This document shows, in pieces, positions 9,060 to 17,841 of a stretch of 64,000 bases of DNA (positions are counted from its first letter, which is position 1; every line of letters begins with the position of its first letter). The stretch lies in the NCBI GenBank assembly GCA_963823555.1, contig CAWGMA010000004.1, positions 128,001 to 192,000 of the forward strand, given 5' to 3'. The notes beneath the pieces were generated by a model. The model made no database searches. It was given only the letters and a program-made list of their open reading frames with translations, and had not been told where the DNA came from. This DNA is from Candidatus Eiseniibacteriota bacterium (GTDB taxonomy: Bacteria > Eisenbacteria > RBG-16-71-46 > CAVPCR01). Made by a program: the position numbers and the translations under genes.

Positions 9060-12000
9060 ATGTCTGCTGCAAGGAAGCACTCTCCGGACCCCGCACCTGG
9101 CGGCATCGGTCTTGTGATCCTTCTCCTCCTCATCCCGGCGCTGGCGGCCGCCATGCCGCCCATGAACCAGCCCCCCGATGGCCCGGCCGATCGCGAGGCG
9201 TTGTCCGGTCTCGGTGGGGAGTGGGCCGCGGGCGCTCATGCTGACACGGTGTGGTTTGGCGGCAGCGGGACGGGCGACGGCACCGTGGTGCGGGGCGGGG
9301 TGTGGAACTGGGAGGCCGACTCGGGGGAGACGCCCGAGTCCTTCCCCGACGGCGACCCGGTGGGGAACCAGTACCGGGACGGATGGACCTTCCAGGACCG
9401 GACGACGCGGGGCGGCGGTCCGTCGGCGATCGGAGCGGGACACTGGCGGTCGGACGGCAGCTATGACTTCGACTTCGACAGCGGGGCGTTCGCGCACCGG
9501 GCGACGACGCACGCCAACAACGGCGCCAACGATGGCCCTGATCCGCTCCACGGCGCGTGGTCGGTGTGGATCGGGACCAACCTTCACCTGAACCCGGAGC
9601 ACTGCGGGTGGCGGCAGACGGCGGGTTACGGGGACGGGTGGTCGCAGGGGATCGCGAAGCCGTACCGGTTCCGCGCCCTACCGGGGCCGGGAGAGTTCGT
9701 GCCGCCGCCGGCGAACGCGGTGCTCGATCTCGCCTTCTTCCACCGCTACGCGGTCGAGGAGGGCTTCGACACGTTGTGGGTGGAGATCTCGGCGGATGGG
9801 ATCACATGGGAGCAGGTGGGTGGGGGCACCGGGAATGGCATCTGGAACGGGGGCGAGCGGCAGGCCCCGTTGCCCGGTCCCCTGGGAGGTGCGGCCACAG
9901 CCGCGCTCGGCACGTGGCCCGGGGGCGAGGGGGATCTCTGGGTACGGCTCAGGCTCGCGAGCGACTCCTTCAGCTCGGACGAGGCCGATGGCGGGGACTT
10001 CCTCTACGGCTGGCAGGTGGACGACCTCGCGCTCAGGGCCGATGGCGTGCCGGTCGATGTCACCGACTTCGAGAGCGGGATGGGGGGCTGGGAGCCGCGG
10101 CGGTTCGAGGGGTTCGACTTCCTCCTGACGGGGGATCCGTTGCGTCCGGCGGGACGCTTCGTCCCGCTCGCCGATCTCGCCTGCCCGCCCGAAGTGGACT
10201 GCCCCGAGGGCTGCGGGCTCGAGAACCGAGTCCTCATCTTCGTCGACAAGGACGACTGCGACCAGAACGACGAGTTCGCCGACACCGGCATCGTCTCGCC
10301 CGCCTTCGCCATCGGTGGACCGACCAACCCCGACATCGACGGCGACAGCGGCCGCTTGATCCGGGCCGACGTCTACCACGACTTCGGCGTGGGGTTGTTC
10401 ACCACGGGCTTGAGCTTCTGCTACTTCTACTGGCCCGCGGACGCGAACCACTGCCCGTATACCCCCCCGGCCGGAGCCCCGGGCGCCGGCGCCACGTTCA
10501 ACTGGTCGCGGATCGGCTTCTTGACCTGCGATTACTTCTCGGGCGGCACGGGGGCGGTGTGCCTGACGAACTTCCTCGATGACATCTCCTCGAGCTTACC
10601 GGCAACGGCCGACTCGGTGATCCTCACGGTCGGAGGCTACTCATCCTGCCGCTCGCGCCCCGACTGCGACATCGACGACAGCGGGACGCCGTTCTTCGAC
10701 AATGTCCGGTTCGGAGTCTTCGATCCCGCTTCCATCCCTGCCGTGTCGCATACGGTTGGTCGGTATGCGGACAGCTTCCCGATTGCTGATGGCGACATCG
10801 TGACGATGCCCGGGCGCATGGATGGGGCGGGCAGCCAGGCCCAGAGTCTCGGTATCGAGAACCCACTGCGGTGGGTGCGGTACGACTCGTCACTGGTCTA
10901 CTCCGCCGCGGAGAACGCCGCCGTCTATCTCCGCTTCCGGGTGACGCCGGGGGCCTGCCAGCCCGATCTGAATCACGCCTTCTTTGCGGCGTTTCCTCCC
11001 TATCAGTGGCATGCGGCACGGATGGACACAACGAGAAGAGCGACCACCCACCCCAACGAGTACATGACCTGCTTCCACGAGGACGATCCACGCAACGGCA
11101 CCTTCTGGACCGGGATGCCGCCGGCGGTCGAGCCCTGCGATGACATCCTTCCTGACGGTCTCTTCACGCCCGGGACGGTCGTCCACTACTTCTTCGAGCT
11201 CCGCGATGCATCGACGGGGCGAGTCACCGGGACCTTCCCGCGCGGGCCAGGCCAGCGCCCCATCACCAGCGCCGAGAACTTCAAGGATCTCTGGCTCGAG
11301 TCGAGCATCCTTCCCGAGCTCGATCCGAGCTGCGACGGCACCTATGCCAACACCCTCCTCGTCGTGAACGACTTCACGACGAACGCGGTGCCGGGGCGGG
11401 GCACGGTCGAGCGTTCGCGGCTCATGGCGACGCTCGAGAGCCTTGGGCTCGATTTCGATGTCTACGACGTCGTGGGCACCAACTACACCGGCGTCTACGA
11501 CGGCATCGGCCGCCGCGAGGACCACGAGGCGCAGGTGCCGCGTCCGCCCACGAACGGCGCTACCACGCTCCAGCTCGCGCCCTACGACTGCATCTGGTAC
11601 ACGGGCGGTCTCCTGAGCTCGGGTGTGATGCTGAGCGATGAGCTGACGCTAGCGGCCTTCGGCGGACACGCGTCGAACGATCAGCAGAAGCTCGAGGGCT
11701 GGCTCGCCGGTTGCGCGGACGGAGCGAACCGGCTCCTCTTCCTCGAGGGGTTGGGCTGGGCGTCCTTCATCGATGCCAGCACGATCCACGGCGCGGATTT
11801 CCTGGCTGGTCGCGGCGTCGACGTCCTGGCGCGCGACTATGCGCAGGAGCTCGCCGCCAACGACCTCCGGCGCTGCGCGCGGATCGCGGGCACGGCGCTC
11901 GCTCCCACGTTCACGGGTGAGGTCTTCGGATCGGGTTGCCCGGACGATCTCCCGCTCGATGTGTTCGCGGCGGTGAACGGCGGCGAGGGGGTGGCCCATT

Positions 12001-12587
12001 TCGTCGAGTCGCTCGAGGACGGCTACGATCCGGTCGACTGCACGGACGACGTGGCGCGGCCGAACTGGCTCACCATCGTGAGACGGACGAACCCGGACCA
12101 CGCCTGCGAGAAGTCGGTGGCGATGGGCTTCGCCTTCGCCGAGATGCTGCCCTTGAACTGCCAGGACCAGTGCCTCTTCGACGACTACCGGATCAACGGT
12201 GCGAACGCGGAGCTCGTGATCGACCTCTTCCAGTGGGCAGGGAAGCCGATCAACGGAAGTCCGATCGGGGTCGGGCCGGAGGCGGCGCCGCACCTCGCGA
12301 ACGCGCTCCACGCCGCGCAGCCCAACCCGGCGGCGCGCGGCACCTCGGCTATCAAGATTCGTTACAGCGTTGCTGTCAACAGTCATGTCACGGTGAAAAT
12401 CTACAATGTAAATGGCAGGTTGGTGCGCGTTCTCGTCGACGCGAAGCAAGAAGCGCTCCCAAATGGACACGAGGTCCTGTGGGACGGCAGGAATGATGCC
12501 GGCCGTCTCGTCGCCAGCGGCGTCTACAGCTGCGAGCTTCGAATGCCGGGTTTCGTCACGGCCAGGAAGATCGTTCTTCTCGACTGA
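9060..12587 (+). CDS. Large secreted Cys-rich protein with FlgD-Ig/T9SS-CTD-like tail (paralog A)
   Basis: GGAGG RBS before ATG 9060; signal peptide; jelly-roll-like segment (HRYAVEEGFD..WVEIS..GWQVDD); alpha/beta segment (LLVVNDF..LGLDFDVYD..YDCIWYTG); tail AQPNP..IYNVNGRLVRVL..WDGRND.GRLVASGVY..KIVLLD. Confidence 0.8.
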   Translation: MSAARKHSPDPAPGGIGLVILLLLIPALAAAMPPMNQPPDGPADREALSGLGGEWAAGAHADTVWFGGSGTGDGTVVRGGVWNWEADSGETPESFPDGDPVGNQYRDGWTFQDRTTRGGGPSAIGAGHWRSDGSYDFDFDSGAFAHRATTHANNGANDGPDPLHGAWSVWIGTNLHLNPEHCGWRQTAGYGDGWSQGIAKPYRFRALPGPGEFVPPPANAVLDLAFFHRYAVEEGFDTLWVEISADGITWEQVGGGTGNGIWNGGERQAPLPGPLGGAATAALGTWPGGEGDLWVRLRLASDSFSSDEADGGDFLYGWQVDDLALRADGVPVDVTDFESGMGGWEPRRFEGFDFLLTGDPLRPAGRFVPLADLACPPEVDCPEGCGLENRVLIFVDKDDCDQNDEFADTGIVSPAFAIGGPTNPDIDGDSGRLIRADVYHDFGVGLFTTGLSFCYFYWPADANHCPYTPPAGAPGAGATFNWSRIGFLTCDYFSGGTGAVCLTNFLDDISSSLPATADSVILTVGGYSSCRSRPDCDIDDSGTPFFDNVRFGVFDPASIPAVSHTVGRYADSFPIADGDIVTMPGRMDGAGSQAQSLGIENPLRWVRYDSSLVYSAAENAAVYLRFRVTPGACQPDLNHAFFAAFPPYQWHAARMDTTRRATTHPNEYMTCFHEDDPRNGTFWTGMPPAVEPCDDILPDGLFTPGTVVHYFFELRDASTGRVTGTFPRGPGQRPITSAENFKDLWLESSILPELDPSCDGTYANTLLVVNDFTTNAVPGRGTVERSRLMATLESLGLDFDVYDVVGTNYTGVYDGIGRREDHEAQVPRPPTNGATTLQLAPYDCIWYTGGLLSSGVMLSDELTLAAFGGHASNDQQKLEGWLAGCADGANRLLFLEGLGWASFIDASTIHGADFLAGRGVDVLARDYAQELAANDLRRCARIAGTALAPTFTGEVFGSGCPDDLPLDVFAAVNGGEGVAHFVESLEDGYDPVDCTDDVARPNWLTIVRRTNPDHACEKSVAMGFAFAEMLPLNCQDQCLFDDYRINGANAELVIDLFQWAGKPINGSPIGVGPEAAPHLANALHAAQPNPAARGTSAIKIRYSVAVNSHVTVKIYNVNGRLVRVLVDAKQEALPNGHEVLWDGRNDAGRLVASGVYSCELRMPGFVTARKIVLLD

Positions 12588-13009
12588 CGCAACCTTCCTC
12601 TACCTTTTCCGTACTGGGTGAGTAAGGACCCGGGCGTCGTCCACGCACGGGTCCTCGGGAGTCGCGCAGCCGGTCCGAAAGGCGTCGATGGAGCCGCGCC
12701 GGCGGGGCGGCAGCCGTCATGACTGCCCTGCTGGCGTCTACCCTGACCCCGCTCTCTCCACCGGTGATCTTGAGACCTCCAGCCACTGGCTCTAGCCATG
12801 GCGACGATCCCGCCTCGAAGGAGGGCGGCAGCCATGGTCGTACCTGCGCCACCTTGTGCGATCGCCACAGGGTGCGGCCCACCAGGGACGTCCCCTCCTG
12901 GTAGCCGTCCTTGTTTGGGCGTCGATATGGACATCCCGAACCCCGGTGACGAGCCGGGCGGTCAAATCTCGTGCCGTCCTCGTGCAGATGGCACGTTGGG
13001 GGAAGTGCC

Positions 13010-16000
13010 ATGAAGACTCGTTTTCGGCTAGCTCTCTCTGTGCTGGCGCTCCTGTTCTTTGCGACCGCGCCGGCCGAGGCCCGTCGCTCGCTGGCAACCA
13101 CACCCGAGGCGATGACCTACGGCGAGGAGTTCGGCGACCCCGGCGGCACCGTATCCGCTCTCGCGGACACGGTATGGTTCGGGGGAAGCGGCACCGGCAA
13201 CGGCACCGTCGTGCGCGGCGGGGTCTGGAACTGGGAGGCGAACAGCGGCGAAACACCGCGGTTCTTCCCGGACGGGGATCCCGTCGGCAACCAGTATCGC
13301 GACGGCTTCAGCTTTGATGATCGCACCGCCCGCCGCGGTCCCTCCCAGACCGGGGCCGGTCACTGGCGAACCGATGGTACCTACGACTTCAACTTCGATG
13401 GCGGCGGCTTCGCCCACCGAGCGACGACTCACGCCAACGACGGGGAGAACGACGGACCCGATCCGCTGCAGGGCTCCTGGTCCGTGTGGATCGGCACCAA
13501 CCTCCGCCTGAACCCGGAGAACTGCGGCTGGGGGCAGCGCCGGGGTTACGGTGACGGCTGGTCACAGGGAATCCAGAAGACCTACAACATCCCCGCCGGC
13601 AACCTCAACGTCCCGTACGATCTCCGCTTCTTCCACCGCTACGCCGTGGAGGCCGGGTTCGATACCTGCTGGGTGGAGATCTCGTTCGACGGCCTGTTCT
13701 GGGACCAGGTGGGTTCCGCTGACCAGCCGAACGGCATCTACAGCGAGGGGACGGCCACGACGCCGCAACCGAGCGCATCGGGCGGCACCGAGATCGTGAA
13801 CCTCATCACCTGGCCGGTGAATACGGCCGGCACGCTCTACGTGCGCTTCCGCCTGTCTTCGGATGCCCTGTTCTCGGATAACAGCGAGGGCGGCGACTTC
13901 TTCTGGGCCTGGCAGGTGGACAACGTCGAGCTCCTGCGTAACGGTGTCTCGCAGGGCCAGGATACCTTCGAGTCGGGGATGAACGGCTGGCAACCCATGT
14001 CCTTCGAGGGGTTCGACTTCGACATCACGACCGACCCCGTGGTGGCGGCCGGCCGCATCGAGTCGATCAGCAATCTCGCCTGCCCACCGATCGTCGACTG
14101 TCCGGAATCGTGTGGCCTGGAGGGACGCATCCTCATGTTCGCGGACAAGGACGATTGCGACCTGAACGACTCCTTCCAGGGCAGCTACGCCACATCCCGG
14201 GCATTCGCCATCGGCGGCCCGACGCAGCCTGATCTCGACGGCGCCGCCGGCCGCATCGTGAATGTCGACATCTATACCGATGGTGGGGCCGGCCTCTTCG
14301 AGAACGGTCCGGCCATCTGCTGGACCTACTGGCCTCTCAACTCCAACAACTGCCCCTACACCCCGTCGGCGGGCGAACCGGGGGCGGGCTCGACCTTCAA
14401 CTGGTCCCAGACCAACCAGCCGACCTGTGACCTGTACATCATGGGGCAGGGGCCGGCATGTCTCGATAACTTCATCGATGACATATCCGACAATTTGCCG
14501 GCGGATGCCGACTCGGTCATCCTCTACATCGGGGTCATCGGACAGTGCCGATCCAACGCTCAGTGCGATATCGCCGACAACGGCGCGCCGTTCTTCGACA
14601 ACCTGAGGTTCGGCGTGTTCGATCCGGCGGGAATCGCCATCACAGCGAACACGCTGGATCGGTTCGCGGACAACTTCCCGATCCAGAACGGGTCCCTGGT
14701 GACCACACCGGTCCGCACCGACGGGGCGAACAGCCTGAGCCAGGTGCTCGGCATCGAGAACCCGCTGCGCTGGGTGCGGGCGGATACCGCTGTCGCGGAG
14801 ACCGGGGCGTCGAACACGGCGCTCTACCTGCGCTGGGCAGTCGAGCGCGGTCCCTGCCAGCCGAACCTGAACCATCCGTTCTTCGTGGCCTTCCCGCCGT
14901 CCGCTCCGGGGACCTACCCGGGCGGCCTCGTCTGGCACTCGTCGCGGATGGACACCTCGCGAGTCCAGGGCACGGGCGAGAACGGCCCCGGCATCTACAT
15001 GACCTGCTTCCACGAGAGCGACCCGCGGAACGGCACCTTCTGGACGGGAACGCCGCCCGGCGTCGAGCCCTGCGACGACATCCTGCCGGATGGGCTCTTC
15101 ACCGCCGGGACCACCGTTCACTACTTCTTCGAGGCGCGGAACGCCACCAGCGGCGCGGTGGTCGGCACGTTCCCCGCAGCGAGGTCCAAGCTGCCGATCA
15201 AGACGACGGCGAACTTCAAGGACTTCTGGCTCCAGATCAACAACCTGCCGACGTTGACCTCGGCCTGTGACGGCACCTATGCCAACACCATGCTCATCGT
15301 CAACGACTTCCAGACCAACGCCGTGCCCGGCCGGGGCACCACCGAACGGTCACGGTTGACCGCGACCCTCTCGAGCCTCGGCCTCGAGTTCGATGTCTAC
15401 GATGTGGTCGGCACCAACTGGGGCAACTGCTATGACGGTATCGGTCGGCGTGAGGACCGTCCGACCCAGCAGCCGCGCCCGCCGCTCAACGGCGCCACCG
15501 ACCTCATGCTCAACAACTACGAGATCATCTGGTACGCGGGGGGCCTGCTCGATGGCGATGTCATGCTCTCCGACCAGCGGACGCTCTCCCTCTTCGGCGG
15601 CCAGCCGGGGATGGATCAGCAGAAGCTGCAAACCTGGCTTGCCGGGTGCACGACCCAGAACCGGCTGCTCGTCCTCGAGGGCGTCGGCTGGGCTTCGACC
15701 ATCGACGCCAGCACGACCAACGGGCCGGCCTTCCTCACCAACCGCGGTGTCGATGTTCTGGCGGCCGACTACGCCCAGCAGCTCGCCAACCAGGATCTCC
15801 GGCGTTGCGCCCGCATCGTCTCGAGCCGGCCTGCGGATCGGTTCGACCACGGTGAGATCTTCGGCTCCGGCTGTCCGGATGACATCAACATCGATGTGTT
15901 CGGCGCCGTGTCCAACGGCGAGGCAGTAGCCAACTTCGTCGAGTCGCTGGAGGGTGGCGCCGATCCGATCAACTGCGCGGACGATCAGAACCGTCCGACA

Positions 16001-16513
16001 TGGTTGTCGGTGGTACGCAAGCGCAATCCGACTCGCCTCTGCGAGCACTCGGTGTCCATGAGCTTCGCCTTCGCCGAGCTGAACCCGTTGAACTGCACGG
16101 ATCAGTGTCTGTTCGCTGATTTCAAGATCAACGGCGAGAATGCGGAGATGGTGATCGACATCTTCCAGTGGGCCGGGATGGGGATCAACGCCAACCCGAT
16201 CGGGGTCGAGCCCGCCGAGGCGCCGGGGTTCGTGAACGCCCTGTATCAGGCGCAGCCGAACCCGGCCAACCCGGCGGCCACCATCCGCTACGCGATCGCC
16301 GACAAGGGGCAGGTGTCGCTCCGGATCTTCGACGTCAACGGCCGCCTGGTCAGGACGCTCGTCGATCAGGTCCAGGAGCCGTCAGCGACACCGTTCGAGG
16401 TCGTGTGGGACGGCACGAGCGATGCCGGACGACACGTCGGCTCGGGTGTGTTCTTCTACCAGATCGACACGCCCGGGTTCACTTCGTCGAAGAAGCTGGT
16501 GATCTTGAAGTAG
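13010..16513 (+). CDS. Large secreted Cys-rich protein with FlgD-Ig/T9SS-CTD-like tail (paralog B)
   Basis: Signal peptide MKTRFRLALSVLALLFFATAPAEA; colinear with paralog A along its whole length; tail AQPNPANP..IFDVNGRLVRTL..WDGTSD.GRHVGSGVFF..KKLVILK. Confidence 0.85.
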   Translation: MKTRFRLALSVLALLFFATAPAEARRSLATTPEAMTYGEEFGDPGGTVSALADTVWFGGSGTGNGTVVRGGVWNWEANSGETPRFFPDGDPVGNQYRDGFSFDDRTARRGPSQTGAGHWRTDGTYDFNFDGGGFAHRATTHANDGENDGPDPLQGSWSVWIGTNLRLNPENCGWGQRRGYGDGWSQGIQKTYNIPAGNLNVPYDLRFFHRYAVEAGFDTCWVEISFDGLFWDQVGSADQPNGIYSEGTATTPQPSASGGTEIVNLITWPVNTAGTLYVRFRLSSDALFSDNSEGGDFFWAWQVDNVELLRNGVSQGQDTFESGMNGWQPMSFEGFDFDITTDPVVAAGRIESISNLACPPIVDCPESCGLEGRILMFADKDDCDLNDSFQGSYATSRAFAIGGPTQPDLDGAAGRIVNVDIYTDGGAGLFENGPAICWTYWPLNSNNCPYTPSAGEPGAGSTFNWSQTNQPTCDLYIMGQGPACLDNFIDDISDNLPADADSVILYIGVIGQCRSNAQCDIADNGAPFFDNLRFGVFDPAGIAITANTLDRFADNFPIQNGSLVTTPVRTDGANSLSQVLGIENPLRWVRADTAVAETGASNTALYLRWAVERGPCQPNLNHPFFVAFPPSAPGTYPGGLVWHSSRMDTSRVQGTGENGPGIYMTCFHESDPRNGTFWTGTPPGVEPCDDILPDGLFTAGTTVHYFFEARNATSGAVVGTFPAARSKLPIKTTANFKDFWLQINNLPTLTSACDGTYANTMLIVNDFQTNAVPGRGTTERSRLTATLSSLGLEFDVYDVVGTNWGNCYDGIGRREDRPTQQPRPPLNGATDLMLNNYEIIWYAGGLLDGDVMLSDQRTLSLFGGQPGMDQQKLQTWLAGCTTQNRLLVLEGVGWASTIDASTTNGPAFLTNRGVDVLAADYAQQLANQDLRRCARIVSSRPADRFDHGEIFGSGCPDDINIDVFGAVSNGEAVANFVESLEGGADPINCADDQNRPTWLSVVRKRNPTRLCEHSVSMSFAFAELNPLNCTDQCLFADFKINGENAEMVIDIFQWAGMGINANPIGVEPAEAPGFVNALYQAQPNPANPAATIRYAIADKGQVSLRIFDVNGRLVRTLVDQVQEPSATPFEVVWDGTSDAGRHVGSGVFFYQIDTPGFTSSKKLVILK

Positions 16514-16548
16514 ATCGCGAGCCGACGCGGCGGAGCTTCTCTGACGCC

Positions 16549-16590
16549 AGCGGGTCGGGAGTCCGAAGGGGCTTCCGGCCCGCTTTTCTC
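16549..16590 (+). terminator. Intrinsic terminator between convergent genes
   Basis: Stem AGCGGGTCGGGAGTCC / GGGCTTCCGGCCCGCT (with G-U pairs), GAAG loop, followed by a short T run. Confidence 0.7.
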
Positions 16591-17841
16591 TCACCGCCCG
16601 AGGTCGGTGCGCACTGCCTCGGCAGCGCGGCGGCCGGAGGTCAGAGCGCCGTCGATCGAGGCGTTGTCGCGATGGTCCCCGGCGACGTAGAGCCCCGGCG
16701 TGACGCGCACCGGGCGCTGCGGGGTGCCGAGGGCGGGCGGTGTCTGATCGGGCAGCGCGTGCTCGATGCGATAGACGCGAAGGAGCTGCCAGGTCCGCGG
16801 CAGCGGTCCGAAGCGCTCGACCAGCTCAGCCCGTACGATTGCGTCGAGCTCATGGTCGGCGAGAGGGTTCGAGCCCAGCACGGTGACGCCGATGAGCGCC
16901 CGCCCGGCCGGCGCGTAGCTCGGGGCGACCGCGCTCATCTCGGCGAGGTGTGTGATGGACCCCGCTCCATCGCCGTTCAAGATCAGGACCGACTCGCCCG
17001 TGAGCGGCGTGTCCGCGGCATAGTAGAGCGTCGTCACGCCGCGCGATCGCGGCGTGCGGATTCCCAGCAATCTGGATGCTTCCGGGGCCTCGGTGGCGAT
17101 GACGACCGCGCCGGCAGCCATCTCCTCGCCCGAGGCGAGCGTGACCGCGCCGGGAGCGACCTTCTCGACTCGAGCGCCGGTGCGGATCGACCCCGGTTCG
17201 AGGGCGGCGGCCATTTGCGCCGGAATCGCTTCCATGCCCGCCGCTGGCACCGCGGCATCACCCGCCGAGAACATGCGGAAGACGAACTCGAGCATGCGAC
17301 TCGAGGTCTCGAGCTCGGCATCGAGGAAGACCCCGCCCAGAAACGGCCGGAAGAAGGCATGGATGAACTCCGGGGAGAAGCCTGCTGCCTCGAGCGCCGC
17401 GCGCGTCGTGCGCTCCGGACGCTGCCAGAGCTCGGCGAGCGAGCCGGCGCGAACGCGGGCGCGCAGCCGCGCCACCCTGATCTTGTCCCCCAGCCCGCCG
17501 AGCGGTGAGATGAGGCTGGCCCAGGCGTCACCCGGGCGGCGCCACGGATCAGCGAGCCGATACCTCCGGTCGCCGAGCATGACGAGCGCTCCCGGACGGA
17601 ACGATCTCAAGTCGAGGGCGCCCAGGTCGAGGATGCGCCGGGCTTCCGGGTAGGCGGTGAGCAACACCTGGAAACCGCGATCGAGGAGAAATCCCTGAAC
17701 GCGATCCGTGCGCACGCGTCCGCCCGCCTGGTCCCCGGCCTCGAGGATCCCGCATTCGATTCCTGCTGACGTCAGGTGGCGCGCGCAGGCCAGGCCGGCG
17801 AGGCCGGCGCCGACGATCAGCACGTCCGGTCGTTCACTCAT
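16591..17841 (-). CDS. FAD-dependent oxidoreductase (flavin amine oxidase / protoporphyrinogen oxidase-like)
   Basis: VGAGLAGLACA, GGRVRTD, LDRGFQVLLTAYPE and AGDHRDNASIDGALTSG. ATGA overlap with the photolyase stop. Confidence 0.85.
   Translation of the reverse strand: MSERPDVLIVGAGLAGLACARHLTSAGIECGILEAGDQAGGRVRTDRVQGFLLDRGFQVLLTAYPEARRILDLGALDLRSFRPGALVMLGDRRYRLADPWRRPGDAWASLISPLGGLGDKIRVARLRARVRAGSLAELWQRPERTTRAALEAAGFSPEFIHAFFRPFLGGVFLDAELETSSRMLEFVFRMFSAGDAAVPAAGMEAIPAQMAAALEPGSIRTGARVEKVAPGAVTLASGEEMAAGAVVIATEAPEASRLLGIRTPRSRGVTTLYYAADTPLTGESVLILNGDGAGSITHLAEMSAVAPSYAPAGRALIGVTVLGSNPLADHELDAIVRAELVERFGPLPRTWQLLRVYRIEHALPDQTPPALGTPQRPVRVTPGLYVAGDHRDNASIDGALTSGRRAAEAVRTDLGR

Noticed and set aside
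9060..16513. Diversity-generating retroelement (TR/VR pair) explaining the duplicated sequence
   Set aside because: Similarity spans both whole genes, the differences are not adenine-specific, and there is no reverse transcriptase in the window.
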